DNA of 64,000 nucleotides from the human T2T-CHM13v2.0 reference genome, Homo sapiens (GCF_009914755.1 NC_060928.1); one strand, 5' to 3'. Positions 1 through 14,519 are shown, numbered from the stretch's first letter. Notes: generated by a model from the sequence alone, not told the origin. Numbers and translations: made by a program.

Positions 1-714
1 CTACTGGAGCCAGCTGGTGAGAATTCCCACACCTTGTTTAAGAGGACATTTTCTTGACACATCAAGACAGATGCATGCCCTTAAGTGCACCTATACCAAG
101 ACCTGAAACAGGATAATTTGTCCAGTTCTCAGTCACAGATATTTTGAAAAATCTAGTTCCATAGCAGCATTAATGCCATGTCAACATTTGAGACAAATAG
201 TGCAAGAATTGTCTGTTACTGAGTGAGCCATTACTCAGGCTGTTCTCATCTGAAGAATCTTTGCATTTAGTGTGTTCAAGCTAAAACAGGAATCATTTGT
301 GTTCAAAATTACTTCTGAACACCTACCAGCCAACATAATTTGCTTACTTAGTATACCTTGGGGCCTGCATGTATGTAGGAAATGGAGCTAGGAAATGAGA
401 CTTGTGAACAAGCTGAAAGGGAAAAAAAACAGGTTACCTTGAAAGATACAATACCAAATTTCTTGTAATTTAAAATAACTCCTCAACAGCAACAATGTAA
501 AGAAAGACAGTTGCTGTGTTCTGTGAAGGAAGCTGTGCTCTCAGATTTATATGTTCCAACTCATGGCATCCTGAGTTACACCATATGTTAGGATATTATT
601 ATAGAGTTTAGAGATATAGAAATAAACAATTCAATATTTTTGAAATGAGCTATTGGCCAAAAGTACAAAATCTTTTAATGAACAACAACAAAAGCAACCA
701 ACGACAAATAAGGG

Positions 715-910
715 AGAATAGCATAATAGTTATGACCAAAGGTTTTGGGCTGGAAAAATACATCTGCTTAATTTCATAACACTTTTGAGCAATTCTTAAC
801 TTTTATGAGAACAATAATAATATGCAGGGCTGGTGGGTAGATGATATAAGATGTAAAATTCTCAGGGCAATACTTGGCTCTATAGTAAGTCTTTGGTAAA
901 TAGAAACCAG
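715..910 (+). mobile_element. MIR remnant
   Basis: Degenerate MIR-like motifs (agcataatagtta... to cttggctctatagtaagtctttggtaaat); boundaries approximate. Confidence 0.45.
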
Positions 911-1246
911 CATTAGAAATTATAATGGGGAGGAGGGATGAAGGTAGGAGGGAAGAGAGAGTAAAACATAGTCAATAATCAATCAATCAGAACAGAGCAG
1001 AATGGCTTAATTTGATCTCAGGAAGAAAAATGCTGCTCAGAGATAAAGATAATTTAAAAATTACATGCAACAAAAAATTGATGGAAGCGTCTACATGAAA
1101 ATTTAAAACTTCTGCACATAAGAACAAACCACATTTCTTAATCCATGTGTTAAATGTGGCACAATGGAAGTATACTGTCTCAGGGTTTCCTTCAATTTGG
1201 AATATTAATATTTAGAATCAACATTTGGCACATTCCATTTGGAATA

Positions 1247-2145
1247 TTATGTTGGTGCAAAAGTAACTGTGGTTTTGGTCATGAAAAGTAATGGCAAAAA
1301 CCACAATTACTTTTTTTAAAAAAATTTATTATACTTTTTATACTTTAAGTTCTGGGATACGTGTGCAGAATGTGCAGGTTTGTTACATAGGTATACATGT
1401 GCCATGGTGATTTACTGCACCCATCAACTTGTCATCTAGGTTTTAAGTCCCACATACATTAGCTATTTGTCCTAATGCTATCCCTACCCTTGCACCCCAA
1501 CCCTCTGACAGGCCCCAGTGTGTGATGTTCCCCTCCCTGTGTCCATGTGTTCTCACTGTTCAACTCCCACTAATGAGTGAGAACATGAGATGTTTGGTTT
1601 TCTGTTCCTGTGATAGTTTGCTGAGAATGATGGTTTCCAGCTCCGTCCATGTCCCTGCACAGGACATGAACTCATTCTTTTTTATGGCTAAATAGTATTC
1701 CACGGTATATATGTGCCACATTTTCTTTATCCAGTCTATCATTGATGGGCATTTGGGTTGGTTCCAAGTCTTTGCTACTATGAATAGTGCTACAGTAAAC
1801 ATGAGTATGCATGTGTCTTTATAGTAGAATGATTTATAATCCTTTGGGTATACACCCAGTAATGGGATTGCTGGGTCAAATAGTATTTCTGGTTCCAGAT
1901 CCTTGAGGAATGCCACACTGTCTTCCACAACGCTTGAACTAATTTACACTCCTACCAACAGTGTAAGAGCATTCCTATTTCTCCTCTTCTTCTCCAGCAT
2001 CCAGTTTCCTGACTTTTTAATGACAGCCCTTCTAATTGGCATGATACGGTATCTCACTATAGTTTATGCAAGCAATAAACATATGAAAAAAAAGCTCATC
2101 ATCACTGGTCATTAGAGAATTGCAATTACTTTTGCACAAACCTAA
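1247..2145. mobile_element. MADE1 (Hsmar1-derived MITE) split by an L1 insertion: 1247-1314 and 2123-2145
   Basis: TA + ttatgttggtgcaaaagtaactgtggttttgg...atggcaaaaaccacaattactttt on the left; caattacttttgcacaaacctaa on the right; matches the 80-bp MADE1 palindrome. Confidence 0.9.
1315..2125 (-). mobile_element. 5'-truncated L1PA (about PA7/8) with a short 5' inversion; ORF2 C-terminal remnant
   Basis: Poly(T) tail and L1 3'UTR; ORF 1560-1928 translates as ORF2p C-terminus (DPAIPLLGVYPKDYKS...WNQPKCPSM); 2063-2125 is L1 sense; TSD caattactttt at 1304-1314 and 2123-2133. Confidence 0.93.
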
Positions 2146-3432
2146 ATAGTACCATCTAGTCCCTGAAAAAATATTTATTGACAATCTACCGTGTGCTGAC
2201 TTCTCTGTTCAGCCTCAATCCTATCCTAGGTAGTGGAAAACTGAGAATCCCCAGGAGCATGTGAGAAATTAAACAGAGCAGCTTCAGGGGCCACTTGAAA
2301 TCTCCTGCTTTCCAGAGCAACTTGTGTTGAAGCACAGAGAAAGTGTTGAGGATTGTTACTTCAATAAATCCCCAAATTTGCATTAGAAGACACTTAGTTT
2401 GTCCTTAGCGCAACCAACGCCTTGTATCATGGCCCAACTCTCTTAATTGTTCAGCTTTCATTCTCTGTTTCTTGTTTAACACAATGGTCTGTATCTCATA
2501 GAATTCCAAACAGACATAGGCTACTTTTGTCTTAAGGCAAATTGGCTTATAATTATACTAATTCAACTAATATTTATATTTTACCATCTACAATAAAAAT
2601 TTTCAACTGTTTGGATGAATTCTAATGGGCAAATATTTCAGTACACCATAATTGGGCTTCAAAGGCAATTTTTATTAATGCTTCTTGTAACATACGAATA
2701 AACACATTTATATATATGTTACAAGAAGTCTATTGACTCTGTAAATGGTAAAATCTGTTAACACTGCATTTTTATTTCTGCTGTTGCTTTTAGGAGTTGA
2801 TCTCCATAACCTGGAATAAAGATATTGTCTTTCTTAACTTGGCATGTTGCTAAAGTCATAGTCAAATCAAATTGTGTGTGCACTGTTTTGAAACCCCCCT
2901 CCCTATCTCCATCTACCTTTCCTGGAGAGGAAAAAATAAAAACAAAAAAGAACAAAAACAAAGCTTGCCTCCACCTGGCTTTGAGCCAGGGAAGAAGAAG
3001 AAAGAAGCTTTTGTTATTGATGCTATTTATAACCCTGAATTATTCCGTTAGAATAATGGGGCCTGAGCAGGGGAAGATCTTTTGTTTGCTTAGTACAAAT
3101 GTGTCTTCCCCCTCAGTAAAACCTTACTTAGGATCATACTAAACAGTCACTGCAGGTACCAGGTGTGGAGCTAAAAGCGAGGAAAGGACCAAGATATTTG
3201 TAAAGAAGAAATGGAGAGGAACTGAGTTCCAGGCAGAAGATTTGGAAGCGGAAACCATCCTCCGAGGAGATGGAGAGCCAGTGGAGGATGGGTTACTTTC
3301 TATCTGAAGCCTGTGGAGATTGAGAAGAAAATAAGTGTTTCAAGGGGTTTTGTCAAGTGAAACATCATGGGGGTGGTGGTGGTGAATGTGAAGTCGTCCC
3401 ACCTACAATACCTTTGATAAAATATTGTTCAT

Positions 3433-3795
3433 TGATATGGTTTGGCTGTGTCCCCACTCAAATCTCATCTTGAATTGTAGCTCCCATAATTCTCACATGT
3501 TGTGGGAGGGACCTGGTGGGAGATAATTGCATCATGGGGGTCGTTTCCCCCATACTGTTTTTGTGGTAGTGAATAAGTCTCAGAAGACCTGATGGTTTTA
3601 TAAGGGGAAACCACTTTCACTTGGTTCTCTTTTCTCTCTTGTCTGCCGCGATGTAAGACGTGCTTTTCACCTTCGGCCATGATCATGAGGCCTCCCCAGA
3701 CACATGCAACTATAAGTCTATTAAATCTCTTTTTCTTTATAAATTATCCAGTCTCGGGTATGTCTTTATCAGCAGTGTGAAAATGGACTAATACA
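3433..3795 (+). mobile_element. THE1 (THE1B/C-like) MaLR solo LTR
   Basis: Starts tgatatggtttggctgtgtcccc, ends ggactaataca; 363 bp. Confidence 0.93.
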
Positions 3796-4694
3796 CCCAT
3801 GAATATCTTCACACAATGTTCTAGAAAGAAGTTTCTTCCTGTTTCAAAATTAGCATAGGATGAAAGCCAGGCTTGTCTCAGAAAGCTGAGGGGAGGGCCA
3901 CATCACCAAATTCTGCCATCAAAGCCACTTTCCTTCAGTTCATTGGCTTTCCCAAGGTATGAAAGAAAAGTGTTTTCTTTGATTGGTCCTTTTATTATCT
4001 ACAGCTCCCTTGGAGCCTAGGTCTACTGTTTTCATTCAAAAAGAGTTGGCAGATTGGGGATGACCCAAAATTACAGGATTTAGGACATTTTCTTAAAATA
4101 TACTACCATGCTGTTTTTACTGCTTTAACAGCAAAGCATCCAGACAATGCAGGTTTTTAGGATATTGTGTTTTTCCAGAGAAATCAAATGAATTAGGTCC
4201 CCAGTGGTAAATATAAAAAGAAAAAGAGGACTTGTTCGATTTATAGCAAAACATATATTTAGCTATAAAGGAGAGAAAGAAAAAGACAACAGAAGAGAAA
4301 AGAAAAAATGCATTTTAAGAGAGTAATAAATAATTATGAACTGTTGATTCAGTTGGGAGGGTAAATTATTTCGGTACGTCTGAAAAATTCAGAAAGCTGT
4401 AAAATCACTAGTCAGCATGCCACTGACTATTCTGGATTAAAGCAGCACCGGTTACCATTAAATGAAAGGAGAGAACACGGAAGAATGTAATACTGTGTTT
4501 TATGCATAAACAGTGTTGCAAGTACTTACTACATGCAACAATTTTGTAAGATTGATTTTATACCCATTTTAGCATTGGGGATAATTGAGTTTCAAAAAGG
4601 TTAATCAGCTAGACCAGCTTGTATAGAGAACATGCATTTTAAGTTAACTGAAGAATAGTTGAACTCTTAGTCTTTGCCAGGCTGTATACAAGAT

Positions 4695-4908
4695 CAAGGT
4701 CAGAAAACTTTGTAAAGCATCAGATAGTACATATTTTAGGCTTTGCAAGTCATACAGTCTCTGATGCAATACTCAACCCTGCAGTTGTAGTACAAAACTA
4801 GCTATAGGAGATATGTAAAAAATGAGAGTGGTTGTGTGCCAATAAAACTTTATTTACAAAACCAGGCAGGCAGCAGACTGGATTTGGCCTGGGGTTTATC
4901 AACTCCTA
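4695..4908 (+). mobile_element. MER58A hAT-Charlie MITE
   Basis: ggtcagaaaactttgtaaag...atattttaggctttgc...gtgccaataaaactttatttacaaaa...ggatttggcc. Confidence 0.8.
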
Positions 4909-6264
4909 TGATTGATGATGAGGGTATGATGGTGAGAAAGTCAACTCATTAATCCCTCACAGAGCCTCTCTAATTCTAAAGACACTATTTCACCGTTTTC
5001 TTGCATCTGCTTTATTTAGACAGTGCTTCCCCCCAAAAAGATCTGAGATTTTTAAGCTAAAAATGTTTAACTAAGAAAAGTAAATATTTGCAAGATCTAC
5101 ACATGAGCACCCTGGTTCTTTCGCATTCATGCACCAGTGGGGTCTCCCAACTCATCCAATTTACGAATTTTCAGTTTGTCTCCATGTCTTTCCACAGTTT
5201 CCAATTCCAAGTGCAAATATCCTCCTAGCTGATTTCCCATTAAACAGAGCCACATTATGACTCCTGGAAGACACATCAGGTTAGGATTATTAGACTTATC
5301 TTCAGGGAACAGACATCTCAGAACATATCAGAATTTATGAAGTTGATGCATTTGATTAACTGTATCATCGCTGCAGTCCTACAGCTGGATTATTGTTTTG
5401 CTGTCAACATTCTTCAGATCTTGATTTGAGCATCCTTGCAACACTATTCCTCCTCTGTTCAGTTAGCTCCTGTGTGGAGACAGGGACCCTTCGGGAAATG
5501 TTCTACTGCCTCCTATGTTCTGCTTTGAATCCTCCTCCCCTGTTTCACATGTTAAAACAAATAATACATTTTGAATATTAATACACATTTTTGAAAATTA
5601 TTTTTCAGTCTGTACAACCTTTTGATTCTGGTTACTTCCCTGTCTTAGAAAGGGAATCAATAACCAAGAGTGTTTTTAAAATAAAGTTTCTATTATAATA
5701 ATTATGATTTACTATTTTTATAGTACTATAATTTCAGAATTTCCTTAAAGAAATTAATTTCGAAGTTCACAACTTTCCCCTCAAAATGCAAATTGTAACA
5801 AAAATAAGAAAGAAAAAAATGATAATAACTACCATGTATTACGTACTTAATAGGTGCCACAGACTGTGTTAAGTACCATAAATAGATTGACTTTTTTACA
5901 TGCAAACATAAAATTATAAAATTAGAGGTAAGCTTGAGAGCAAAATAATACCACAGTAAGTAATTCAAGTGACAGTGCTGTCCTTTGTTGCTTCTACTAC
6001 AAAGTGAATTATAGGGTTTGGCTTTTACTAGTTCAGACCTGTATTTTAGGTGTGAGTTCAATAATTGTTCTGAGCAGAGTTGCTCTGGCCAAGCTGACTG
6101 CTGTATTCTGTGTTAACTTTCCTGGTTTACCTACCAAAGGTGAATTGCTCTGGATGCCAGAAGAATTGAGTTTAAGAAGCCAGGATTTGGAGATAACCTA
6201 TAAATATTGGAGGCAGGCCCAAAGGAAGTTGTAGGGAGTACTAAATATAAGACTTGACGACAAT

Positions 6265-6398
6265 AGAGACACAGCCCTATTCTCAGGGATTTTGATTCAC
6301 TAGATCTGGGTAGGATTCAGTAATAAATATCATTTTCAACAAAAATCCTCAGCGATTCTGTTGCAGGTGGTCCTCAGATCACATCTTAAGAAGTATTG
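6265..6398. mobile_element. MER5-family hAT MITE fragment
   Basis: gattttgattcactagatctggg...gattctgttgcaggtggtcctcagatcacatcttaagaa. Confidence 0.65.
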
Positions 6399-6714
6399 AT
6401 GTAAACAGAACTGTTTCAAACTGCTTCTTTCTTCATTCCCTTACTCCCTCTGCTAACCAAGTCCTCCCACTCAGTCCACTGAAAGGGCCAGGCTTGGTGA
6501 TGCTAAGGTATGGCTTCCTCCCTAAAGGAGATAAACAATACAAAAACTTTCATGCTGAGCCAAAATGTTCACTTAATATCAACTTGTAACAGTCTCTTGT
6601 ATTTTGTGTCTAGATCCTTGATCCAAAACTACCTAAATTTGGAATGAAGCTGCTCAAACTTTCATAATTACTGACATTATTAAGATTTTAAATCTGTATA
6701 GAACTAAAGTTTTA

Positions 6715-6985
6715 CTTTTTTAATTGATGCATAATAGATGTACATATTTTGGGGGTACACGTGCTAGTTTGACACATTCATATAATGTATAAATTGGTGT
6801 AATTGGGCTATTCATCACCTTATTTACTTTTTATTTGAGAAATATTCAAATTATTCTCTTCTAGCTATTTTGAAATATACAATAGATTAGCGTAAACTAT
6901 AGTCATCCTACTGATCAGTTGAATACCAGTTATCATTTCTCCTATCTAACTGTGTATACTTGTACCCACTAATCAACTTCTCTTA
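6715..6985 (-). mobile_element. L1MA 3' end
   Basis: ttttaattgatgcataatagatgtacatattttggggtacac...ctagctattttgaaatatacaata, typical of an antisense L1MA 3'UTR. Confidence 0.8.
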
Positions 6986-7189
6986 AAGTTCTTCTTATTT
7001 TCCAGCCATGCCTAGAATCTTGACCTAGTACTGGTAAACACTCATGCTCTGCATGTGTTTACAACACTTTCGATTTCCCCATGGTTGTGAGCTGTTCCTC
7101 TGAATTGACACTTGGATAGATGTCCTCCAATACCCATGTTGTATTTCATTTCCATCATGAATACTTGTGTATGAGCTCCTTGCTACATC

Positions 7190-8775
7190 TATAAAATTGG
7201 ATTTCCAGCCTTGCCTTATCTATCCTTGCTCAGGTACCTGCTAATAGACATCTCCTCTTGCAAATCCCACAAAGACACCAAATCCAATATCACCAACACA
7301 AACCTGATCCCCTTTTGGCATTTAAAAAAATCTTACTAAAGAAGGCCATCACTATTCCAGTCACTAACGTTAAACAAACAAAACAAAAAACTGGGTGTCA
7401 TCCTAGATCCCTTTATGCTTACCACACATCCCTTCATTTAATCCCCCAACCGTTTTCACAGGCACCAGTGTCCTAGGGTTCTATCTGGGCTTCCTAGCAC
7501 CAATCTCCCTCCTCTCAATTCCTTCTTCACATTGCTGCAGTCCAAACTATCATAAAACCAAATCTGATTATGCCATTGCTTTTCTTTTCTCCTTAAAACA
7601 CTTTAATGTTTTCACATTGCCAAAAGAATCAATTTCAACATCCATGCAATTAAAAAATGCATTTATAACCCAGAGACTGTCAATTTGCCCCAACTAATCT
7701 CCATCTCACTCCATGTATATAATCAAAATTAATATATATCCAGCTATAATAAGTACTTACAGTGTCCCAAATATGCTGTTCTGCTTCTGGCCTCGACCAC
7801 TCCAACTTAAATCACCATCATGTTTTTTCTGCACCTCTGTAAGAGACTCTCCTTTCCCCTTTCTCTTCCCCTAAACATGTCCTCCACCCAACCCCCTAAG
7901 TGAATTTTGATAAAATAATAAGATCATGTCAGTCCTCTATTTGGCTCTCCAATGGCTTCCTGCTGCACTGGATGGATGTTCATATTCCATCCATTGGTCT
8001 ATAAGGTCCTCTATGATCTGATTCCTGCCTACCCTCTGCCCCTTCTCTCCTTCCATCCTCCCACTCTTTCAAATCACTCCAACCCAACTGACCTTCCTGA
8101 TCCTCACATGAGCCAAGCTCATTTCTGCTTTAGGAACTTTGCTCTCAGAACCTTCCTGTAGCTTTTCCTCCATGCTTATGCATGGCTGGTTCTTACTCCT
8201 TATTCAGGTCTCAACTGTCACCTCCTCGGAGAAGCTCTCCTTGACCACATCATCAAACGCTAAGTGTCCTCCCCATATTTCTCTGTTACTTTACTGTGCT
8301 TTATTTTCTTCACGCCATTTCTCACTTAGCAAAATCACCTGAATTAGTTAGTTTACTAATATAGTCATGCCCCTCCCCAACGCAATTGTAAGGACACCAT
8401 TTCAATAAGCATTTGTTGAATGTCTCAATGGCTTTGCTTATGTTGTTCCTTCTGCTTCAAATAGGCTTCTTCAACCTTGGGCACTGACTACTTGCTAGGC
8501 TCTAGAATATTCTTCAACACTTAATTCAAACAACTCTTCTGCTGGGAAGTCCTCTTTCACCCCAAACAGCATTGATCACATCTAGGTTTGCCTTGCTCCA
8601 TGTCTCATTACAGCATCAAACTGTTTCATAACTATTTGCTTGCATGTCCTTCTCCCAAATTAGACCTCCTTGGAGTAAAGGATGAATCTTATTCATCTCA
8701 GGATCCTCTGCATATAACACGGTTCTCCAGGGGCAGTAGATACTCAATAAATGTATCCTGAATGAACAAATAAAT
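7190..8775. mobile_element. Cluster of L2 fragments
   Basis: L2 motifs (aaatctgattatgcc, ctccaatggcttcc, tcaggtctcaactgtcacctcctcggagaagc) and L2 3' ends (tcaataagcatttgttgaatg, tagatactcaataaatgtatcctgaatgaa). Confidence 0.65.
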
Positions 8776-11724
8776 CTGCTGCTGCCCATACCAGAGTGTA
8801 GATAAGATGTGAGAACAGTGATGATCAGAGTGATGGAGCCTTAAGACTAATAAATAAGCTGAACTCAAGTCTCTCATTGTATGTGTGTGTGTTGACTTTT
8901 CACATGTATAGAAAGATACACACACATAAGATATGAATAATCCTCAAGTACAATGATTCAAAGAAATTACATATAATTAATCCTTATTATATTGCTCAGA
9001 ATGTATTTTAAATATATTTGGTCATTTATGGCTAATGCAACAATTGTAGCTGCAACTGTAGCTGTGGGTACTCATCTTTTTGATTTACGTATGCCTGTAA
9101 CTGTACTTACCTAAATTGATAGGTTCAGAATAAAGAAGGAAGAGTATGAAGCAATTCAAATATAATGCTTAGTTCAAGGGAGGTACTTTAAATCTCTTCT
9201 TAATTAAAGAAATAAAGATTCTTGGAAACCAATCATTGAATTTGAATTTTGCCATTTAAAATTTTATGAAACACTAATGAATAAGATATAATGTCCATGT
9301 TTATATACATTCCTATAAATGTTAAGTATTTGCTTGCATCTACATATCTATTCAGTTTTGATTATTCCTTTTTGGCAGTTTTATCCAATATATTGTTTTT
9401 TGGAAAAAACAACTTTTAACAATACTTACAAGACTCATGATTATTTCTCTCTTCTGTTGATTTTGCCAAAGAGCTTTAAAACATCTTTTATCACTCCTTC
9501 ATTACATGGATGAATAAACTTATTTGAGCATTTATTTACTAACTTTGCAGTTGCTCTAGTTTTCTAAATTTTGTGTTTTGAATCCTCTTCTGTGTCTGTA
9601 AAATGACCTTGGAGTGAAGTTGTATCTGCAAGTCACATAAAGCCATAAGAGATCATAGAGATCACTAAAATTTATTCAGACTTTTTGAGTATTTGCAAGA
9701 TTGTGTGGGAAAGAAAAAGAGGAGGAAGAGGAGAAAGAAGAAAGAAAGGAAAGAAAGGATGAAGGGAAGGAAATAGAGAAAGAATGTAAGACTTCAAATG
9801 CAAAGAAGAAAGTGCAAAATCCAGTCAAATGTTTTGGCTGGTTGAGAAACGAAAGCAGGTAAGATATTACATTTCATTAACTAAGAGGCCAACTACTTTT
9901 GAATATTTTGAAGCCCACAATATCTGCAGCTCCAGGTACCTTGCCGGCTAAGCTAAAATCACGGGGTCCAACTTCTGTTATTTGGAAAGGCAATTGCCTG
10001 AGTGGCCATGAATCTTCCAATCTTAAGACAATTAAAAGTAAGTAGCAATGAAAAAAAAAAAAATCCAGTTAAATGAATGCTAATGACCTGTCTGACTAGC
10101 GATGTGTCTTTCAATCCCAGATGAAAAATCACAAACAAAAAGATTTAACAAAATCAAAACTATAATATCTGAAATTATAGAATTGGATTCTCATGTCTAA
10201 GGATTTGCACATTTAGGCAATTTATGTTTCTGAGATGCTTAAACAAATTTAATCTAGTAGACTGATAGTCTTATAGTTTAAAATATATTTTAATCAAAAT
10301 ATAATGAAGTAACTGATAGACTTGTGATTTTAAGTTGAAATTTTAGTAGACTTCTGTTCGGTAATGGGAAATCTAAGATTTTTTTCATTCGTCGATTATA
10401 AATTTTAGGTTTTACTTTTATAAAAATTATTTAGTGAATAGGAAAGTTTGATTAAGTTAGAGAGTTACCTCAAAATGAAGTAAAATATATTAATTTTTGA
10501 ATAATATACCTTCTATTACTACATATAATAGTGCTAATGAAATGGTAGTATCTATTGTTGCAATGCAGATGTGGAGTCATTTGCTTAAAGCCCATTAAAT
10601 TGTTTAGAGACCTAAGAGTAACAGATGAATGCCTACTTTTTGCTGTGTCTAAATCATCCTACGTGTTAGTTGCTCTTGCTATCCATTTATAGATAAAGAA
10701 ACTCTAGAACAAGGGGTAAAGGAATTTAAGTAATCTGACCATGTTTGCTCAGCTAGTAATTTTAGGAACCAGAATTTTTACCTAGGGTTGTGTGATTTCA
10801 GTATAAAAGACTTATTAAACATTGTAATACAGCAATATACAGTAATACCACCTCTATCTTGTTTAACACGATATATTTTGCTCCTCAAATGGCAAGCATA
10901 AATGGGACCTTGGCAAATTGCAGGATTATTTGCTATTGGAAATTTTTGTCTAAGAGTGAAAAATAACCCTCATTAATCTTTTATTTCCATACAGAGTTTC
11001 ATAGATTGTCTATATTTAAGATAAAGCCAACTTTTACACGGACTACCTCTGAAAAATATAAATTGGATGCTATTTGTCTGAAGAAGTTAGGATGAGATTT
11101 GATATCCTTTTTTTGGTACACTAAATTTAGACAAATTCAAGCAATTCTTTTGAAAATCACTGTGGGACAAAGATATTGAAAGACAAACTAGAAAAGTAAA
11201 GTAGCTAGTGGAACATCTTTATCACTTTGATCAATTATTTCAAAAGCCTCCAAGAGGTCAGATTACTTCGCTTTAGGTTTCCAAATGTATTAGGACATTT
11301 TCAGTGTAAATGGACAGTTAGTCTAGTGAAAGTGTTGTTCCTCTGGCATTTTCTGAACTTTAAAGGACACTGGGGTGTTTCTGGGAGTAAAACAGCAAGT
11401 CTTCTTTGGTGGGATTCTTGCGGGCTGGTCACTAAAATGCAAGTGTGGTCCACGTTGAAATGAGTAAAACTATTGACCTATGGCTCAGAAGCTAAGAGAC
11501 CAAGGATGACATAAACATGAACACTAGCTGTTCCAAGGGACAATGCCATCTGGTTTGCTGTAGACGCTGTCAGAAATAGCAGACTCCTGAGATTCTCATT
11601 TTCACTCTTGGCAGATTGGAAAAGGCTAACAAACACTATGGCACAAAGGTAAATAAACTTTCCTTGGAGGCTATAGGCTTCTCCTCAAAGTCAATGAGGC
11701 AAGGCAAGTACATTTTTAAAGTGA

Positions 11725-12132
<408 letters not shown>

Positions 12133-12741
12133 GTACAATGGTTATTTTATTGACTAAAACTAAATTAGTTTTCACATGTAAACAAAGATAGTTAACCATT
12201 CCCTGACCACCATCAAAAAAATGGGGTGGGAGGAGGAGTTAGTGGCTCTGAGTAGACGCAAGTTGAGGGAGTCTTCTTCCAGACAGAAAAAAACCATCCT
12301 CTGTTGTCTTAGAAATGGTGGCCAATATGTTTCCTTCCTTCTGTTGTTTTCTCTTTGGACAGGAAAAATATGTAGAAAGAATGAGAAATGCCCTAAGCAT
12401 TAAATTCAGTACCCTGAACAATCTTACTGGGGAGTTGAACCCATGCCTGGATAGCCAGAGAAAGAATTATATTATTTGGAGGGGAGCTTGGGGTGGTGGC
12501 CATCCAGATATGGGAACTCAGAGAAAGGATATTTCTGGCAATGGCAGCTTCATAATTTCTAAATAGTGATAATTTGATCAGAGAGTGAAGGTGGTGGTGG
12601 CTGGTAGGATAATAACATTGAGACTCGATATGTATGGCAAACAGGATCCTTTTTAACATATCACTGAGGATGGATGGAGAGGAAGAGAGTTATCTTTCTG
12701 AGAATCCCTGATATGATCTGGGAACAGTAGTCAGCAGAGTC

Positions 12742-13477
<736 letters not shown>

Positions 13478-13479
13478 AG

Positions 13480-13700
13480 CTGTGAAAAACATGGTGTCTG
13501 GAGCCATATTGTCTAGATTCAATCCCAATGCCACCACATACTAACTATGCAACTCTGGACTAATGACACAGTCTCTCCACGCCTCAGTTTCCTCAACTGT
13601 AAACCACAGTGAATAACGCCTATCTCAGAAGCTTCTTCTAAGGAATAATGTGTTAATTTATGAAATGTGCTTACAACAGCACAAGTACTCAATTAAAATG
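13480..13700 (+). mobile_element. MIR
   Basis: Core ctctccacgcctcagtttcctcaactgtaaa; 3' end cacaagtactcaat. Confidence 0.75.
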
Positions 13701-13853
13701 AACAATTCTGATGTCCACCTACTTTATCAAGATAGAAGATAAAATTATTAAACATATGGCGAATGCCTACAAGCTTCAGACTTAGGAGAATTTGATTGCA
13801 GCTATCAAGAATAGACACTTACAAGTGCTTCCTAACATGTCTACACTCCAAAT

Positions 13854-13964
13854 TCCCAAAGTGAATGAATGGCTCAGGAGATCCCAGAATCAAATCAGGT
13901 GGACACTATTAGAAAGCACCCGATTTGATCCCGGGATCTCCCCAGCCATTCATTCACTCTGGGA
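13854..13964. repeat. Long inverted repeat: 48-bp arms, 15-nt loop
   Basis: 13854-13901 matches the reverse complement of 13917-13964 at 42/48 positions. Confidence 0.95.
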
Positions 13965-14519
13965 CTCCGGGAATCCTTGCATGGGGAGAGCTTCTCACAT
14001 ATAAGCATAATGTTTATCTGTAGCTCTGCCAGTTTTCTTAGTCCTGTTCCTTTGAAGTCTAGCATTAAGTAGGCCTAAGATGTCATGCAAGCCACTGTCC
14101 ATGATACTGCTGGTCTCTCCAACTTGCATCTGCCTCCCTTTCTCACAGGTCACAGAAAAACCTATGCTTACCCTGAATTTTTCAGAACATAGTCACATAG
14201 CACAGCTGGTGGACTCTCTAGTAACAAAGCTATTTCCATTGTTCCACAATCATCTGCTTCACAAGAGACAACAGGCTCCTGAGAACTGGGGAGCTGAGAC
14301 GCTGCAGGTGACAGTTGTATACAGACGTGCAAAGTTCTTGGGATCTCTTCCAGGTTCTAATTCAGGCCCGGATGCTAAGGCTTGCCCTGCTCTGCAAGAC
14401 TTTTACTCATGGTGCTTTTCTCTTAAAGGCTTTATTGTTTTGTTTTTTCATGATGGTCCTTATTACAGACATTTCCCTCTCTACTCTACATTCCCTTTCT
14501 ATTCCCTCTGTATTCTTCC

